DNA of 61,218 nucleotides from a virus. Lineage: Duplodnaviria > Caudoviricetes. The notes below the pieces were generated by a model, which was not told where the DNA came from, searched no databases, and saw only the letters and a list, made by a program, of their open reading frames with translations. Location: positions 1 through 61,218 of IMG/VR virus record IMGVR_UViG_3300042934_000627. The stretch is one strand, 5' to 3'. Positions 39,561 through 50,130 of this stretch are shown here, one piece after another. The position numbers and the translations under genes were made by a program. Position 1 is the first letter of the stretch. Every line of letters starts with the position of its first letter.

Positions 39561-40369
39561 AGGTAACACTCGAAGGAAACGCGGAAGATATCCGGAAGGT
39601 GCTTGGCGCGCAGATTGATGAGTCGGACGTTAAAGTTACGTACGAAAGAGATGGACAGCATACGTTTAAAGTTGACGAAAAAGCGCGATTAATAAAGCTT
39701 AGCGAAACAACTTATGGTTTTAGTGAAGGAGAAGTAGTTCGTATTGTGGATAATAGAATATCCCCAGATCAGGGTCGCGTGGCGTTTTCAAAATTAAATA
39801 ATGATAGTGAGACTGGATTTGCAAACCCAGACCAACTTAATAATATTGCGCCACTCACTCGCCGCGAAATCGTGAAAAAGGCGAAGGCTGACGTAGCCTA
39901 TATAATCGCGAAAGCGAAAGGTAGCAAACGAAATCATGATGGTAATTATACGTTTCGCGAAAAAACAAATACTGTAAAATTTGACGTTATCCGTAAGAGC
40001 CGAATAGTCGTTGCGTTGGTATCCGGAAAGTATACCGGGGGTCTTCGCGAAAAGGGTATCGCCAAAGCTGCGCCGGATGACGTATTTAACGCTCATATTG
40101 GAAAAGCAATCGCGCTACGTAGAGCACTTGGACTTGCCGTTCCAGACGAGTATCTTCATGCGCCAAAACCGGAAGGCATCGAAGTCGGCGATAAAGTACA
40201 AAGTAATTTAATAGAGAGAATTTATACGGTAAAAAGTTTTATAGATAATCCGCAACCTTCTAAGTACCCTGGAATAGCATTTAGAACTATCGAGTCTGTC
40301 GGATGGCTAGCAAGCTCGCAAGTAACCGTAATCGATGATAGCGACCGGAACTACGATGTTGCCGAATGA
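39557..40369 (+). CDS. Hypothetical phage protein
   Basis: GIAKAAPDDVFNAHIGKAIALRRALG motif common in Bacillus phages. Confidence 0.7.
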   Translation: MKVTLEGNAEDIRKVLGAQIDESDVKVTYERDGQHTFKVDEKARLIKLSETTYGFSEGEVVRIVDNRISPDQGRVAFSKLNNDSETGFANPDQLNNIAPLTRREIVKKAKADVAYIIAKAKGSKRNHDGNYTFREKTNTVKFDVIRKSRIVVALVSGKYTGGLREKGIAKAAPDDVFNAHIGKAIALRRALGLAVPDEYLHAPKPEGIEVGDKVQSNLIERIYTVKSFIDNPQPSKYPGIAFRTIESVGWLASSQVTVIDDSDRNYDVAE

Positions 40370-42519
40370 AAATGTCGATGAACACCGATGCCGACCGTAT
40401 TGCCCTCCGTAGAGAAACGCGGGCTAAAGTAAGCGATGTAACTGCCGACGATTGGCAACGAATATTTGCGATGAAATTGACGGATGCTGATCGTGAGAAA
40501 CTCGCAGCCGTGCGTAGCGCTATCGATTCGGGTAAGTTATCGCGTCATGCCGAAGATCGTTATACGAAAACGGGCCGATCGAAGCGAATCAGTAAAGCCG
40601 AATGCCTGCGGTTATACGCCGAGCTTGCCGAGTTGGAACGCGAAGATAAGCTACATGAAATGGTCGCGAATACACCGAATAACTACGAATTAATTACGAC
40701 GTATGAACGATTTGAAACGTTGATTGATTCGTTAGCTTCCGAGCCAATTATCGCGATTGATACGGAAACAACCGGACTTGATGTATACGCGGATCATATC
40801 GTAGGCATCTCGCTTACTTCACCGAATGCCAATTGGAATGTGTATATACCGGTCGGTCATATTGACGCTAAGCAGCAGTTACCACGGTCTTACGTGTTGT
40901 ATCGATTAACTCCGATGTTGACGGACGTGAACGTTAAAAAGGTGCTGCATAACGCAAACTACGATATTCAGATGTTCATGCGCTATGGCATCGAAGTGGT
41001 AGGCGTTGCGTGGGATACACAGATCGCGATGCACTTGCTTAACGAAAATGAACCGTCCTACCAGTTAAAAAAGTTAGCTACGCGATACCTACACGAGCCA
41101 TCAGACACCTTCGAGCAATTATTCGGTAAGAATGCGCAATTTGCAACGGTGCCGCTTGATATTGCGCTTGTGTACGCAGCGAAGGATACAGCAATTACGT
41201 GGAAGTTGTACGAGTTTCAGCGTAAGTACCTCGAAAAGATGCCGACGATACTAAGCTATTATCGCGATGTCGAAGTGCCGTTAATCCAGGCGATTGTCGC
41301 AATGGAACGGACAGGATTCGTTATTGATACAGAATACGCGCAGACGTACGGTGTGCAAATGCAGCACGATATAGAACGGCTAGAAAACGAATTGCATACG
41401 GAAATTGGCGACATTAATCTTAATAGTCCGATGCAGCTGAAAGAAGCGCTTGAACGGATCACACGTAAGCAACTCGAATCTACCGACGCGAAGAAAGTAT
41501 TAAAACCGTTGGCATCGAAGTTCCCGGTGATTGCGAAGTTTCTCGAATATAAATCGCTCGTTAAATTGTACTCAACGTACATTAGCGTGCTGCCAACGAA
41601 GATCAATCCAGTTACGGGACGATTACATGCACGGTTTAACCCGATGGGAACTGTAACGGGACGATTTTCAAGCGGTGGAAATCATGTCAATCTGCAAAAC
41701 CAGTCGCATGAATCTCGTAAGCTATTCGTCGCGCCAAAGGGATATGTAATAATCGGCGCAGACTTTAGTCAACAGGAATACCGATGCCTAGCGTATTTTA
41801 CGCAGGAACCGTTGCTTGTCGAAGCATATAAGTCCGGAAAAGACTTGTATTCAACGATGGCAGCGCGAATCTTCCACGTTCCGTATGAAGAATGCGGTGA
41901 TGGTACGGTTTATCGTAAAAAGGCGAAAGTTGGGCTACTGGCAACGGTATACGGGACATCGAAGTATACGCTTGCTACGCAACTAGGTATTAGCGTCGAT
42001 GAAGCCGACAAGTTCCTTAATGATCTGTTCGCGAGCATGCCTAAGGTTGCCGAATGGATCGAAGAAAATAAGAAATTCGTACGTCATCACGGTTACGTAT
42101 GGGCCGATAAACAGTACCGTAAGCGGCGACTTCCTGATGCTACATTACGTGAAAAAGCATGGCGCGTTGACCGTGGCGAATCCAAACGTACCATTAATCG
42201 GGCGCTACGTCAGGCAACGAATGCTCGCGTACAAGGATCAGCATCGGTGCAAACGAAAGTAACGATTAACGCGATGTACCATTGGTGCCTAGCAAAACAG
42301 GCGGCCGGACGTGATTTTAGATTATGGTGTACGGTACATGACGAAAATTTAACATTGGCGCCAATCGATGTAACTCGCAATGAAATCGAAGAAATACGCG
42401 GTTTGATGCTACACAGTTACCCATTCGGTGATATTCCGCTTAAAACGGATATCGAGTTGATGGTTCGCTGGGGTGACGGTATGACGGTTGATGAGTGGTT
42501 TGAAAAATATCCGCAATAA
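40366..42519 (+). CDS. Family A DNA polymerase (3'-5' exo + pol)
   Basis: DTETTGL, HNA.YD, YAAKD; TVTGRFSS, ADFSQQE.R, K...LA.VYG, QGSAS, VHDE. Confidence 0.95.
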   Translation: MKMSMNTDADRIALRRETRAKVSDVTADDWQRIFAMKLTDADREKLAAVRSAIDSGKLSRHAEDRYTKTGRSKRISKAECLRLYAELAELEREDKLHEMVANTPNNYELITTYERFETLIDSLASEPIIAIDTETTGLDVYADHIVGISLTSPNANWNVYIPVGHIDAKQQLPRSYVLYRLTPMLTDVNVKKVLHNANYDIQMFMRYGIEVVGVAWDTQIAMHLLNENEPSYQLKKLATRYLHEPSDTFEQLFGKNAQFATVPLDIALVYAAKDTAITWKLYEFQRKYLEKMPTILSYYRDVEVPLIQAIVAMERTGFVIDTEYAQTYGVQMQHDIERLENELHTEIGDINLNSPMQLKEALERITRKQLESTDAKKVLKPLASKFPVIAKFLEYKSLVKLYSTYISVLPTKINPVTGRLHARFNPMGTVTGRFSSGGNHVNLQNQSHESRKLFVAPKGYVIIGADFSQQEYRCLAYFTQEPLLVEAYKSGKDLYSTMAARIFHVPYEECGDGTVYRKKAKVGLLATVYGTSKYTLATQLGISVDEADKFLNDLFASMPKVAEWIEENKKFVRHHGYVWADKQYRKRRLPDATLREKAWRVDRGESKRTINRALRQATNARVQGSASVQTKVTINAMYHWCLAKQAAGRDFRLWCTVHDENLTLAPIDVTRNEIEEIRGLMLHSYPFGDIPLKTDIELMVRWGDGMTVDEWFEKYPQ

Positions 42520-42520
42520 C

Positions 42521-42556
42521 TGCGCGGATTGACATGGATAAACGTATTATACAGTG
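42521..42556 (+). promoter_or_regulatory. Phage-specific promoter motif copy 3
   Basis: TGCGcggattgacatggataaaCGTATTATACAGTG. Confidence 0.75.
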
Positions 42557-42568
42557 GGAGGCGATTTG

Positions 42569-43468
42569 ATGACGGAAATTAAACGTTATACAGATGTTAT
42601 TCGACTAGGTCATCGTAGCACGCTCAATGTTCTTCATAAAGGTGATTACGTAGTTATCGAAGAAAAGCTTGATGGTGCAAATGCATCGTTTCGAGTAGAT
42701 AATGGCGAAGTTATCGCATACTCACGAAATACACAACTATCATCCGATAATAACTTACGTGGGTTCTACGAATATACACGAAACATCAATGCGACAAAAC
42801 TGAATGTACAGTACATCTATTTTGGCGAATGGCTTGTCAAACATAAGATCGATTATGGCGCGAGCGAGAACGAATTTTACTTGTTCGATGTGTACGATAT
42901 TGTAACCGCGCAGTATTTGCCATTTACCGATGTTGTATCGGAAGCATACCGTTTAGGGTTTGCGATTGTACCAGTTCTGTACGCAGGAAAGTATCACGGC
43001 TATGAGCAGTTGGAATCGATTATGGGGCGAAGTGTTCACGCAAAAGATCCGTATAATGGCGAAGGCATCGTTGTAAAGAACGTAAGCTATCGTGATAAGT
43101 TTGACCATCAACTTTATGTGAAGCTTGTTAGCCCAGAATTCTGCGAGGTGCAGAAGCAGAAAGCACCACGTGACCCATCGAAGGTTGACGCTGAATCTCA
43201 GTTCGTTCGCACATTCGCAACTAAAGCGCGAGTACACAAGTCACTGCTGAAAATGGTCGATGCAGGAAAAATTAAACAGCCATTCGATTTATCCGATATG
43301 GGCATGATTCTAAAACACTTAGGCAGAGATATCTACGATGATCTGCTGAAAGAGGAATCAGATAGCTTGCCAGAAGGATACGAGGAAAAGTCGATCAGGC
43401 GAGCCATTGGAAAGTACGTTCCTACGATCGTACGCGAAATTATCGAAGATCAGGCGGTGGTTATTTGA
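42569..43468 (+). CDS. ATP-dependent RNA ligase (Rnl2-like family)
   Basis: Motif I EKLDGAN, FGEW, FDV, EGIVVK, VKLVS. Confidence 0.85.
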   Translation: MTEIKRYTDVIRLGHRSTLNVLHKGDYVVIEEKLDGANASFRVDNGEVIAYSRNTQLSSDNNLRGFYEYTRNINATKLNVQYIYFGEWLVKHKIDYGASENEFYLFDVYDIVTAQYLPFTDVVSEAYRLGFAIVPVLYAGKYHGYEQLESIMGRSVHAKDPYNGEGIVVKNVSYRDKFDHQLYVKLVSPEFCEVQKQKAPRDPSKVDAESQFVRTFATKARVHKSLLKMVDAGKIKQPFDLSDMGMILKHLGRDIYDDLLKEESDSLPEGYEEKSIRRAIGKYVPTIVREIIEDQAVVI

Positions 43469-44448
43469 CGGAATACAACGACACCATCGCGCAGGACTTC
43501 GTATCCATGCTAGATTCGTTTCATTCCGCGCCGGAGTGCTGGGATGACGAGCTGGACTCGCAACTCCATCGGTGGTATACGAATCCGCCGAAAATTTGGC
43601 CGAAGCGGCCTTATTTCTCACCATCGGCTGCCGGAAGTGATGCACGTGAACTCTACGTGAAAACACTCGGAGCTAAACGGGATTCATTCGGCAGTCACCC
43701 GTGGCAGGCGCGGTGGACGCAAATTGGCACCAGCATCGGCGATATGATTCAGCGCGACGTATTACTGATCGGTAAGCACGAGCCTGACGCGAAGTTTCAT
43801 TTCGAGTTTAATGCGAATGGCCAGCCCATGTTCGAAGAGTTCGCGAAGGTGAATAAACGAATTAGCTATCGTGGTCACACGTTTTATCTTTACGGGCAGC
43901 CAGACGGAATTATGCGATATACTACGCTCAATGGCGAGGAACTACGCGTCGGACTCGAAATCAAATCAAAACAGACAACGGCGGCGAAAACCTCGTTACA
44001 CACGATGCGCGAACCGGAGGACAAGCACGTCAAGCAAACGGTCGGCTACTCGATCATGTACGATCTCGATGATTACATTATCTTGTACGTAAACGCGTCG
44101 AAGAAGTCGTGGAATATGACCGACGAGGAGTATCGCAAGTCACCGGACATTCGTGCATTCCACGTTCGCATTACGCGCGACGATAAGCTAGCGCTGTGCG
44201 ATTACTTTGCTGACGTGCTGGACGCGGTGAAAGCGAAAAAGCCGCCGGCACTCAATATCGACAAATGGACGTTTAACAATTATAAGACTGCATGTGCGAA
44301 ATCGTTGTCCGACCAAGAATTTGCGGATATCGAAGCGTTGGTTAACCGTATGCAGCACTCGTCACTTGGCGATAAAGCGAAGCAGGAATATGCGGATGCA
44401 CTCGAATTTATTCGTAGTGTCCGCCAGGACGGCGGTGATGCATCGTGA
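43465..44448 (+). CDS. Cas4-like / PD-(D/E)XK exonuclease
   Basis: FSPS, G.PDG, LEIKS, Q...Y motifs. Confidence 0.7.
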   Translation: MTEYNDTIAQDFVSMLDSFHSAPECWDDELDSQLHRWYTNPPKIWPKRPYFSPSAAGSDARELYVKTLGAKRDSFGSHPWQARWTQIGTSIGDMIQRDVLLIGKHEPDAKFHFEFNANGQPMFEEFAKVNKRISYRGHTFYLYGQPDGIMRYTTLNGEELRVGLEIKSKQTTAAKTSLHTMREPEDKHVKQTVGYSIMYDLDDYIILYVNASKKSWNMTDEEYRKSPDIRAFHVRITRDDKLALCDYFADVLDAVKAKKPPALNIDKWTFNNYKTACAKSLSDQEFADIEALVNRMQHSSLGDKAKQEYADALEFIRSVRQDGGDAS

Positions 44449-44608
44449 GAGACGTTAATTATGCCGATGTGCTGACGATGTACCACTATTTAATCGGCAC
44501 GCGATTAGCGAACAGCCGCATGGATAGCGAAAAGTTTGACCGTTGCAGCACGAAGTTGCACGAATGGGAAAGTGTACAACTTGCGAAAGATTACGCGGAG
44601 GTGAAGGC

Positions 44609-44944
44609 ATGAGCGAAATAACTAAGTATCCAGTAATTGGCCGAAATAATAAATATCTTGTTAAAGTTTACGTAGAAGACTATTTGTTCAATACTAGGTG
44701 GATTTGTAATGTTTACCTAAAGAATGATCATCGTTCCTTATTTAACCTACGTAAGTTTTGTAAAGTTAATTCCTACGTAACAAAAGAGGAGGATTTTGCT
44801 AAGTATGCAAATAATCTAATTTTACTAGCTAAAGAAGCTGTAAATGATTATGAAGATTGGTTACAAGAGGAACATGAGCGTGATATGAAATTTAATCGGT
44901 CAAAGATTGAATTTAAGCGTTGGGATGGCATAGTAGATGACTGA
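44609..44944 (+). CDS. Hypothetical protein, AT-rich
   Basis: SD ggaggtg. Confidence 0.55.
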   Translation: MSEITKYPVIGRNNKYLVKVYVEDYLFNTRWICNVYLKNDHRSLFNLRKFCKVNSYVTKEEDFAKYANNLILLAKEAVNDYEDWLQEEHERDMKFNRSKIEFKRWDGIVDD

Positions 44945-45497
44945 ACATATGCAGATACTCGGAATCGATACCTCGTTCGCGTCTCCTGGGATGACCGTTA
45001 TTGATGTCGTAAATGGTAAACCGAAGCTCATCGCATCATCGCACGTTAAAACTGGCGGTAAATACGCGAAACTTGGCAACGAAGCACGCAACGCAATGAT
45101 TCGAAGCTGGACGGTGCTATTCTGCCGCGACTACTGGCCGTTTGACGTAATTGTACGCGAGAAATTTAGCAGTAAATCGGTCGACATCAATCGGAAAGTA
45201 TTCGGGGCGTGGCGTGAAATGGACGCAGCACTCGCAGAACTCGGATACACTGGCGAGCCGGTAACGTGTACCCCGGCGCAGTGGAAAAAGACTGTCGTAG
45301 GCAACGGAAATGCCACGAAGACGGACGTAGAGGACGCCGTTAAACGTTATGTTGGCGACGTAGAGTTCGCTACGAGTGGTAAAGGCGGAACATACGACGA
45401 GTCAGACGCAGCTGGGCTTGCTTTGTGGTATGCGATTGATAATGGATTGATTGAAAAACTTACGCCTGATATGGCACGAGAGGATGACAGTAAATGA
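44937..45497 (+). CDS. RuvC-like Holliday junction resolvase
   Basis: ILGIDTS, VRE, WKK..VGNGNATK, DESDA. Confidence 0.9.
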   Translation: MTEHMQILGIDTSFASPGMTVIDVVNGKPKLIASSHVKTGGKYAKLGNEARNAMIRSWTVLFCRDYWPFDVIVREKFSSKSVDINRKVFGAWREMDAALAELGYTGEPVTCTPAQWKKTVVGNGNATKTDVEDAVKRYVGDVEFATSGKGGTYDESDAAGLALWYAIDNGLIEKLTPDMAREDDSK

Positions 45498-45808
45498 TCG
45501 AAGAATTACGTAAACTTGACGGATACGATAGCACGTATGAAAGCTGGAGCGATATACCAGCACCAATACAAGAATTACTCGACTGCTACGAATCAGTTCA
45601 TAGTGAACTCGAAGAAGGTGGACGCTGGTCCAACTACAAAACCAACGTGTACAAAGTCGAAGAAAACGGAGAAACAGCATATTTTTCTGTTTGGCGTGAA
45701 GTACCAGCTACCGTATACCAAGAAGGCGGCGACTTTGGGATCGGTATGGATGAAGTCGTACCAAAAGAAGTGACAACGATTAAATATATCACGAAAGGAG
45801 ACGATTAA
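45494..45808 (+). CDS. Hypothetical phage protein
   Basis: Coupled ORF; GRWS, PAT..QEG, EV.PKEVT motif. Confidence 0.6.
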   Translation: MIEELRKLDGYDSTYESWSDIPAPIQELLDCYESVHSELEEGGRWSNYKTNVYKVEENGETAYFSVWREVPATVYQEGGDFGIGMDEVVPKEVTTIKYITKGDD

Positions 45809-46754
45809 ATGAACGATAAATACCGATTACTCATCGTAGGACTAATCGACGAAATCCTACGAAGAGACTTCGACAAAAACGATCTGCTTACGAAAGAGGA
45901 GCACATAGTTTGCTACGACCGCCTGCACGAAGTCATCGATACATCATCACCGCGCGAATTACGTGAATCACTCGTTGAATTAGGACGAAAACTATACGAG
46001 GAAGTCGGTGATGCCGAATGAGAGAACACGTAATTAGCACACTCGCGACCGTAGTTTTATCGATCATCTATTTCGTATTCTTCCAAGCGTTATTCGTAGG
46101 CGTTGCGCTATTAATCGGGATAACATTCGGACTTCACGTAAACGTACGAGTACCCGTAATCATCGCGACAATTATGTGGCTAGCAGCTACGTGGACAATC
46201 GTTCGCGCATCGAGGGGGTTATCGTGATTTTAAATCGAGAATTGGTACGGTTGATTTCGAAGGATCTTGCGGAAACAGAACGTTGTATTACGCAGCATGA
46301 ACGTGAGCTTACACAGCTGCATATGGAACGTAAAGAATTGTACGACCGGCTACACGAATTGAATGAAAAGATACGGAATGGAGTGGGATAATGAAAAAAT
46401 ACGTACTAGTATACGATTATTTAATAATCATGTTATATATTGTAGCATTAGTCTTTACTATGATTGGATATCCGATGATCAGTAGTAAGTCAGACATTAT
46501 CGTTACCTTGCTGGACATCATCATACTTGGTGCAGTTAACGTGGTATTTATCGAAGGTGATCGCTAATGCTCGGATATGGCATTGTTGCGCTAGTGATTG
46601 GTTGGCTACTGTCACTGTTTGGATTTGATAAAGCCGTTATCTACGGTTCACACACGTTATTTGGCGGCAATATCAATATTTACGTTTATTATCTCATTTT
46701 CTTCGCAATGGGCATTATCGGATATATCATCGATCAGATCGCGGGGTGTCGTAA

Positions 46755-47384
46755 ATGAGCACGTTACTGTCCGATAAAGAAAACGAAATTGTTGATTTGA
46801 TTCGCAATAAGCGCTACGAGCAGGCGCATGAAGAGTTGTCGAAGTTCATCGATAATAAACCGTTGCCGCCGGTTAAACTCGCGATCATCGGCAAGCTACG
46901 GTCGGGGAAGTCCGCGATTGCTACGTATCTATGGATGAAGCACGATATATGGCCGGTTGCCTTCGCCGATCCGTTGAAGCAGATTTACACGACATTGTTC
47001 GGTAACCACGAGCGTAAGGATCGCGCAATGCTACAGCAGCTTGGCGAAAAACTTTGCGAAATCGATCCGAACATCTTCGTCAATGTGGCGCTAAAAACGG
47101 CTAGCTCGCATGATCGCGTATGTGTATCGGATGTACGTAAGCATGCCGAATATGATGCGCTGAAAGACGCTGGGTATACGTTCATCCGCGTCACAGCGTC
47201 AGAAGAAACTCGGTTAGCGCGTGCAAACGCAGAGCATGACGAATTTAGCATCGATGACCTTCGGCATCATACGGAAACGGATCTCGATGATGCATATGCT
47301 GATTACGTGATCATTAACGATGGAACAATCGATGACCTCTACGAAAAAGTTGACGAGTTAATTGCGGAAATATGCGCGGAATGA
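46755..47384 (+). CDS. Deoxynucleoside-monophosphate-kinase-like P-loop protein
   Basis: GKLRSGKS, AFADPLK, SDVR...E, H.TE, I.NDG. Confidence 0.8.
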   Translation: MSTLLSDKENEIVDLIRNKRYEQAHEELSKFIDNKPLPPVKLAIIGKLRSGKSAIATYLWMKHDIWPVAFADPLKQIYTTLFGNHERKDRAMLQQLGEKLCEIDPNIFVNVALKTASSHDRVCVSDVRKHAEYDALKDAGYTFIRVTASEETRLARANAEHDEFSIDDLRHHTETDLDDAYADYVIINDGTIDDLYEKVDELIAEICAE

Positions 47385-47406
47385 CGTTGGCGTTCGTATT
47401 ATATTA
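47373..47406 (+). promoter_or_regulatory. Phage-specific promoter motif copy 4
   Basis: TGCGcggaatgacgttggcgttCGTATTATATT. Confidence 0.75.
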
Positions 47407-47423
47407 CGAAGGGGAGCGATAGA

Positions 47424-48728
47424 TTGACATTTACGTATGTAGATCTTTTTTCTGGTATTGGAGGATTTCGTACAGCACTCGATAGACTCGGAGGGCAATG
47501 CGTATTGTCGAGCGAGATTGATAAGTTCGCGTCAAAGGCATACAAGTTACTGTACAATGGTGCGCCTGAGTTACGCGGAGATATAACGAAGATTGACGCA
47601 AGTGACGTTCCTGATCACGATTTGCTTGTCGGTGGATTTCCTTGCCAATCCTTCAGCGTAGCAGGTAAACGGTTAGGCTTCGAGGATACTCGCGGTACAT
47701 TATTTTTCGAAGCAGCACGTATCGCGAAAGAGAAACAGCCGAAAGTATGCCTATTTGAGAACGTAAAGGGACTGATATCACACGATAGCGGACGGACGCT
47801 CGACGTAATCATATCGACATTGTGCTCGATTGGTTACACTGTTGATTTTAACGTCATCAACTCGAAATACTTCGGTGTGCCGCAGAATCGTGAACGTATC
47901 TTTATCGTAGCTGTACGTGATGACTTAGTTATGCCGAGCGAATGGGTTATCCAAGGAAACAACGTAGTTGCGAAAGGAAAACGAATAATAGCGCAACTTG
48001 ACGGCATTAAGACGTTTAACTTCGATTGGCCAGAACAGACGGAAGTTAACGTTAGACTTCGCGATATCCTCGAAAGTAACGTTGATGAACGGTACTATCT
48101 TAGCGAAGAAAAGACGGCTAAGCTCGTCGCTAATCTGCGTGACAAAGAGATTAAAATACTCAATGAACGCAAAGATGATGATGTTAATCCAGTTTATACA
48201 CCGGAACTTTATCACAAAACAATGAACGGACGACGAATTAAACCCGCAAATGACGTAATCCCAGCATTAACCGTACAAGATCGACATGGTATCGTTGAGC
48301 CAAGTGGAATAAGTAGAACAATAAGATCTGGCGGTAATACATCACTTGATGCTAAGCATAATTATCTGCACATAGCTGAGCCACAAGTATCATCAATCGG
48401 TAATACAAACCCATCCGGTAATGGAATGAACGGGCAAGTTTATGATATAGATACAGGTTTAGCACCAACGTTGACAACGAATAAAGGCGAAGGTGCCCGT
48501 ATAACTAATGCACCGCACTACCGTATACGGAAACTCACGCCACTCGAATGCTTCCGTTTACAGGGATTTCCTGACGAGTATTACACGACGTTGCACGAAA
48601 ATGGCGTCAGCAATTCGCAGCTGTACAAAATGGCGGGCAACGCTGTAACCGTCAATGTTATTCAAGCGATAGGATCACGATTGTTACCTTACCTAGCGTC
48701 ATCTTCCGCAATGGTATCGGCAAGCTGA
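47424..48728 (+). CDS. Orphan DNA cytosine-C5 methyltransferase
   Basis: DLFSGIGG, GFPCQ, ENV, PQNRER, RLQGFPD, GNAV motifs. Confidence 0.95.
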   Translation: MTFTYVDLFSGIGGFRTALDRLGGQCVLSSEIDKFASKAYKLLYNGAPELRGDITKIDASDVPDHDLLVGGFPCQSFSVAGKRLGFEDTRGTLFFEAARIAKEKQPKVCLFENVKGLISHDSGRTLDVIISTLCSIGYTVDFNVINSKYFGVPQNRERIFIVAVRDDLVMPSEWVIQGNNVVAKGKRIIAQLDGIKTFNFDWPEQTEVNVRLRDILESNVDERYYLSEEKTAKLVANLRDKEIKILNERKDDDVNPVYTPELYHKTMNGRRIKPANDVIPALTVQDRHGIVEPSGISRTIRSGGNTSLDAKHNYLHIAEPQVSSIGNTNPSGNGMNGQVYDIDTGLAPTLTTNKGEGARITNAPHYRIRKLTPLECFRLQGFPDEYYTTLHENGVSNSQLYKMAGNAVTVNVIQAIGSRLLPYLASSSAMVSAS

Positions 48729-49078
48729 AATAGTCGCGTTCCCTTCGGTATATCGATACCCGTAAGATCGTCGCCAACGTATTCATAACGTAACGGTAGG
48801 TCTGACGCACTCAACGCGAGATCTTTGACGAAGGGCTTGGCGTAGGCATATCTACGCGCGTCAAATTTAAACGGTTCCACATCGGGCACCTTGACGATCG
48901 TCGCCTTACCGATAACCATTCGTTTATTTGCTTTGTCGTAACCTACGAATAACTTTTCCGGCCAGCTACGAATATCAATAAGTTTCGCGGCATCAGCCGA
49001 TAAATAAAGCCGTTGTTGCTTGTCTACCGTAACATATGCGGTATTTGAAGATCGCGCGCTAATCCACTCGAACGACAT
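48689..49078 (-). CDS. Small protein convergent with the methyltransferase, AbrB-like N-terminal pattern
   Basis: SD ggagtg; promoter TTGACT-N17-TACTAT at 49140-49112; VTVDKQQRLYL. Confidence 0.65.
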   Translation of the reverse strand: MSFEWISARSSNTAYVTVDKQQRLYLSADAAKLIDIRSWPEKLFVGYDKANKRMVIGKATIVKVPDVEPFKFDARRYAYAKPFVKDLALSASDLPLRYEYVGDDLTGIDIPKGTRLFQLADTIAEDDAR

Positions 49079-49166
49079 AACGATTCACTCCGATTCAAAC
49101 GTTTTACTAACATAGTATACGCAAGTTCATCGAAAGTCAAACGTAACAACGAAAGGAAGCGGTAAT

Positions 49167-49511
49167 TTGGCGAATGAATACCCCGGATTATATACGAGTG
49201 TTGGCGTAAAATCGTTGCTGCGCGACTATAATACGTTGCATGATCGTGGTTACGATAAAGGCGATTATAACGCAGTAATCATGCTCGTAGACCTCGAATG
49301 CGCAATTATGATCGCTGGGCTTACGGACAGGCAATTTGCCATTATAAAGCTCACGTACATTTACGATATGACTCAGAACGATATCGTAACAACTATCGCC
49401 GGAGTAACGCAGCAAACAGTTAGCGAAGAGCTTGCAGAAGCCCATCGAAGGATTGCCGCTGTTTACGACTACTGGCGTAAAACTGATAATGCTACAGAGA
49501 TAATCGAATAA
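49167..49511 (+). CDS. Sigma region-4-like HTH regulator
   Basis: LTDRQ..IIKL.Y..DMTQ.DI.....VTQQTVS. Confidence 0.75.
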   Translation: MANEYPGLYTSVGVKSLLRDYNTLHDRGYDKGDYNAVIMLVDLECAIMIAGLTDRQFAIIKLTYIYDMTQNDIVTTIAGVTQQTVSEELAEAHRRIAAVYDYWRKTDNATEIIE

Positions 49512-49521
49512 ACATACGAAA

Positions 49522-49560
49522 GCCCCTCGCGGTCAGTTCCGTAAGGGGCGTTTATTTTAT
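49522..49560. terminator. Terminator
   Basis: gcccctcgcgg...ccgtaaggggc followed by T-rich tract. Confidence 0.65.
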
Positions 49561-49680
49561 GTGCGCGCGGCATAGTATAAACGAATAAACCCCACGAGGT
49601 TAGACGTAGGGTGGAATATATTACTATATCGTTATTGACGTAATTAATGATTATGATACGTTGTAGTGTCGTACTGTGAA

Positions 49681-50043
49681 TTAAACTTTTGCGATCTTCT
49701 GCGAATCAATCTGTTTAATCGCTCCAAGGAGAGATTTTAGGTTGAGATCAGAAACCTTAACTCCTAAAACAGATTCAGTATATTTTGGCAAATCATCATA
49801 ATGGGATCGCACAGATTTAAACAGTTTAATTTCGTTATCAGTAGCTTTTCTTTCAAAAAAACCTTGTGTATTTTCATTTTTATAAATTGCCTTTGGATTA
49901 CTATTCACTAGCCACATGACTTCTGTACGAATCAATTCAGGAAAGTGCTCGCTGTTCCCTAGAGCTAAAACAATATTTGTTTCACCATTGTAGTCATTAG
50001 CATAGAAGCACCCTGGCACTACCTTAGACATGGTCAGTTCCAT
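49681..50043 (-). CDS. Hypothetical protein
   Basis: SD gggagg; preceded by phage promoter motif. Confidence 0.65.
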   Translation of the reverse strand: MELTMSKVVPGCFYANDYNGETNIVLALGNSEHFPELIRTEVMWLVNSNPKAIYKNENTQGFFERKATDNEIKLFKSVRSHYDDLPKYTESVLGVKVSDLNLKSLLGAIKQIDSQKIAKV

Positions 50044-50089
50044 TTTAAAATTACCTCCCTTATTTCGCTTTTGTTGTCAACTTACTATT

Positions 50090-50125
50090 CACTATATAAT
50101 ACGTACAAGCATCCATAATCGCGCA
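50090..50125 (-). promoter_or_regulatory. Phage-specific promoter motif copy 5
   Basis: TGCGcgattatggatgcttgtaCGTATTATATAGTG on minus strand. Confidence 0.75.
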
Positions 50126-50130
50126 TATTT

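Noticed and set aside
43465-44448. Cas4 as part of a CRISPR-Cas system
   Set aside because: Solo nuclease in the replication/recombination module; no array or other cas genes
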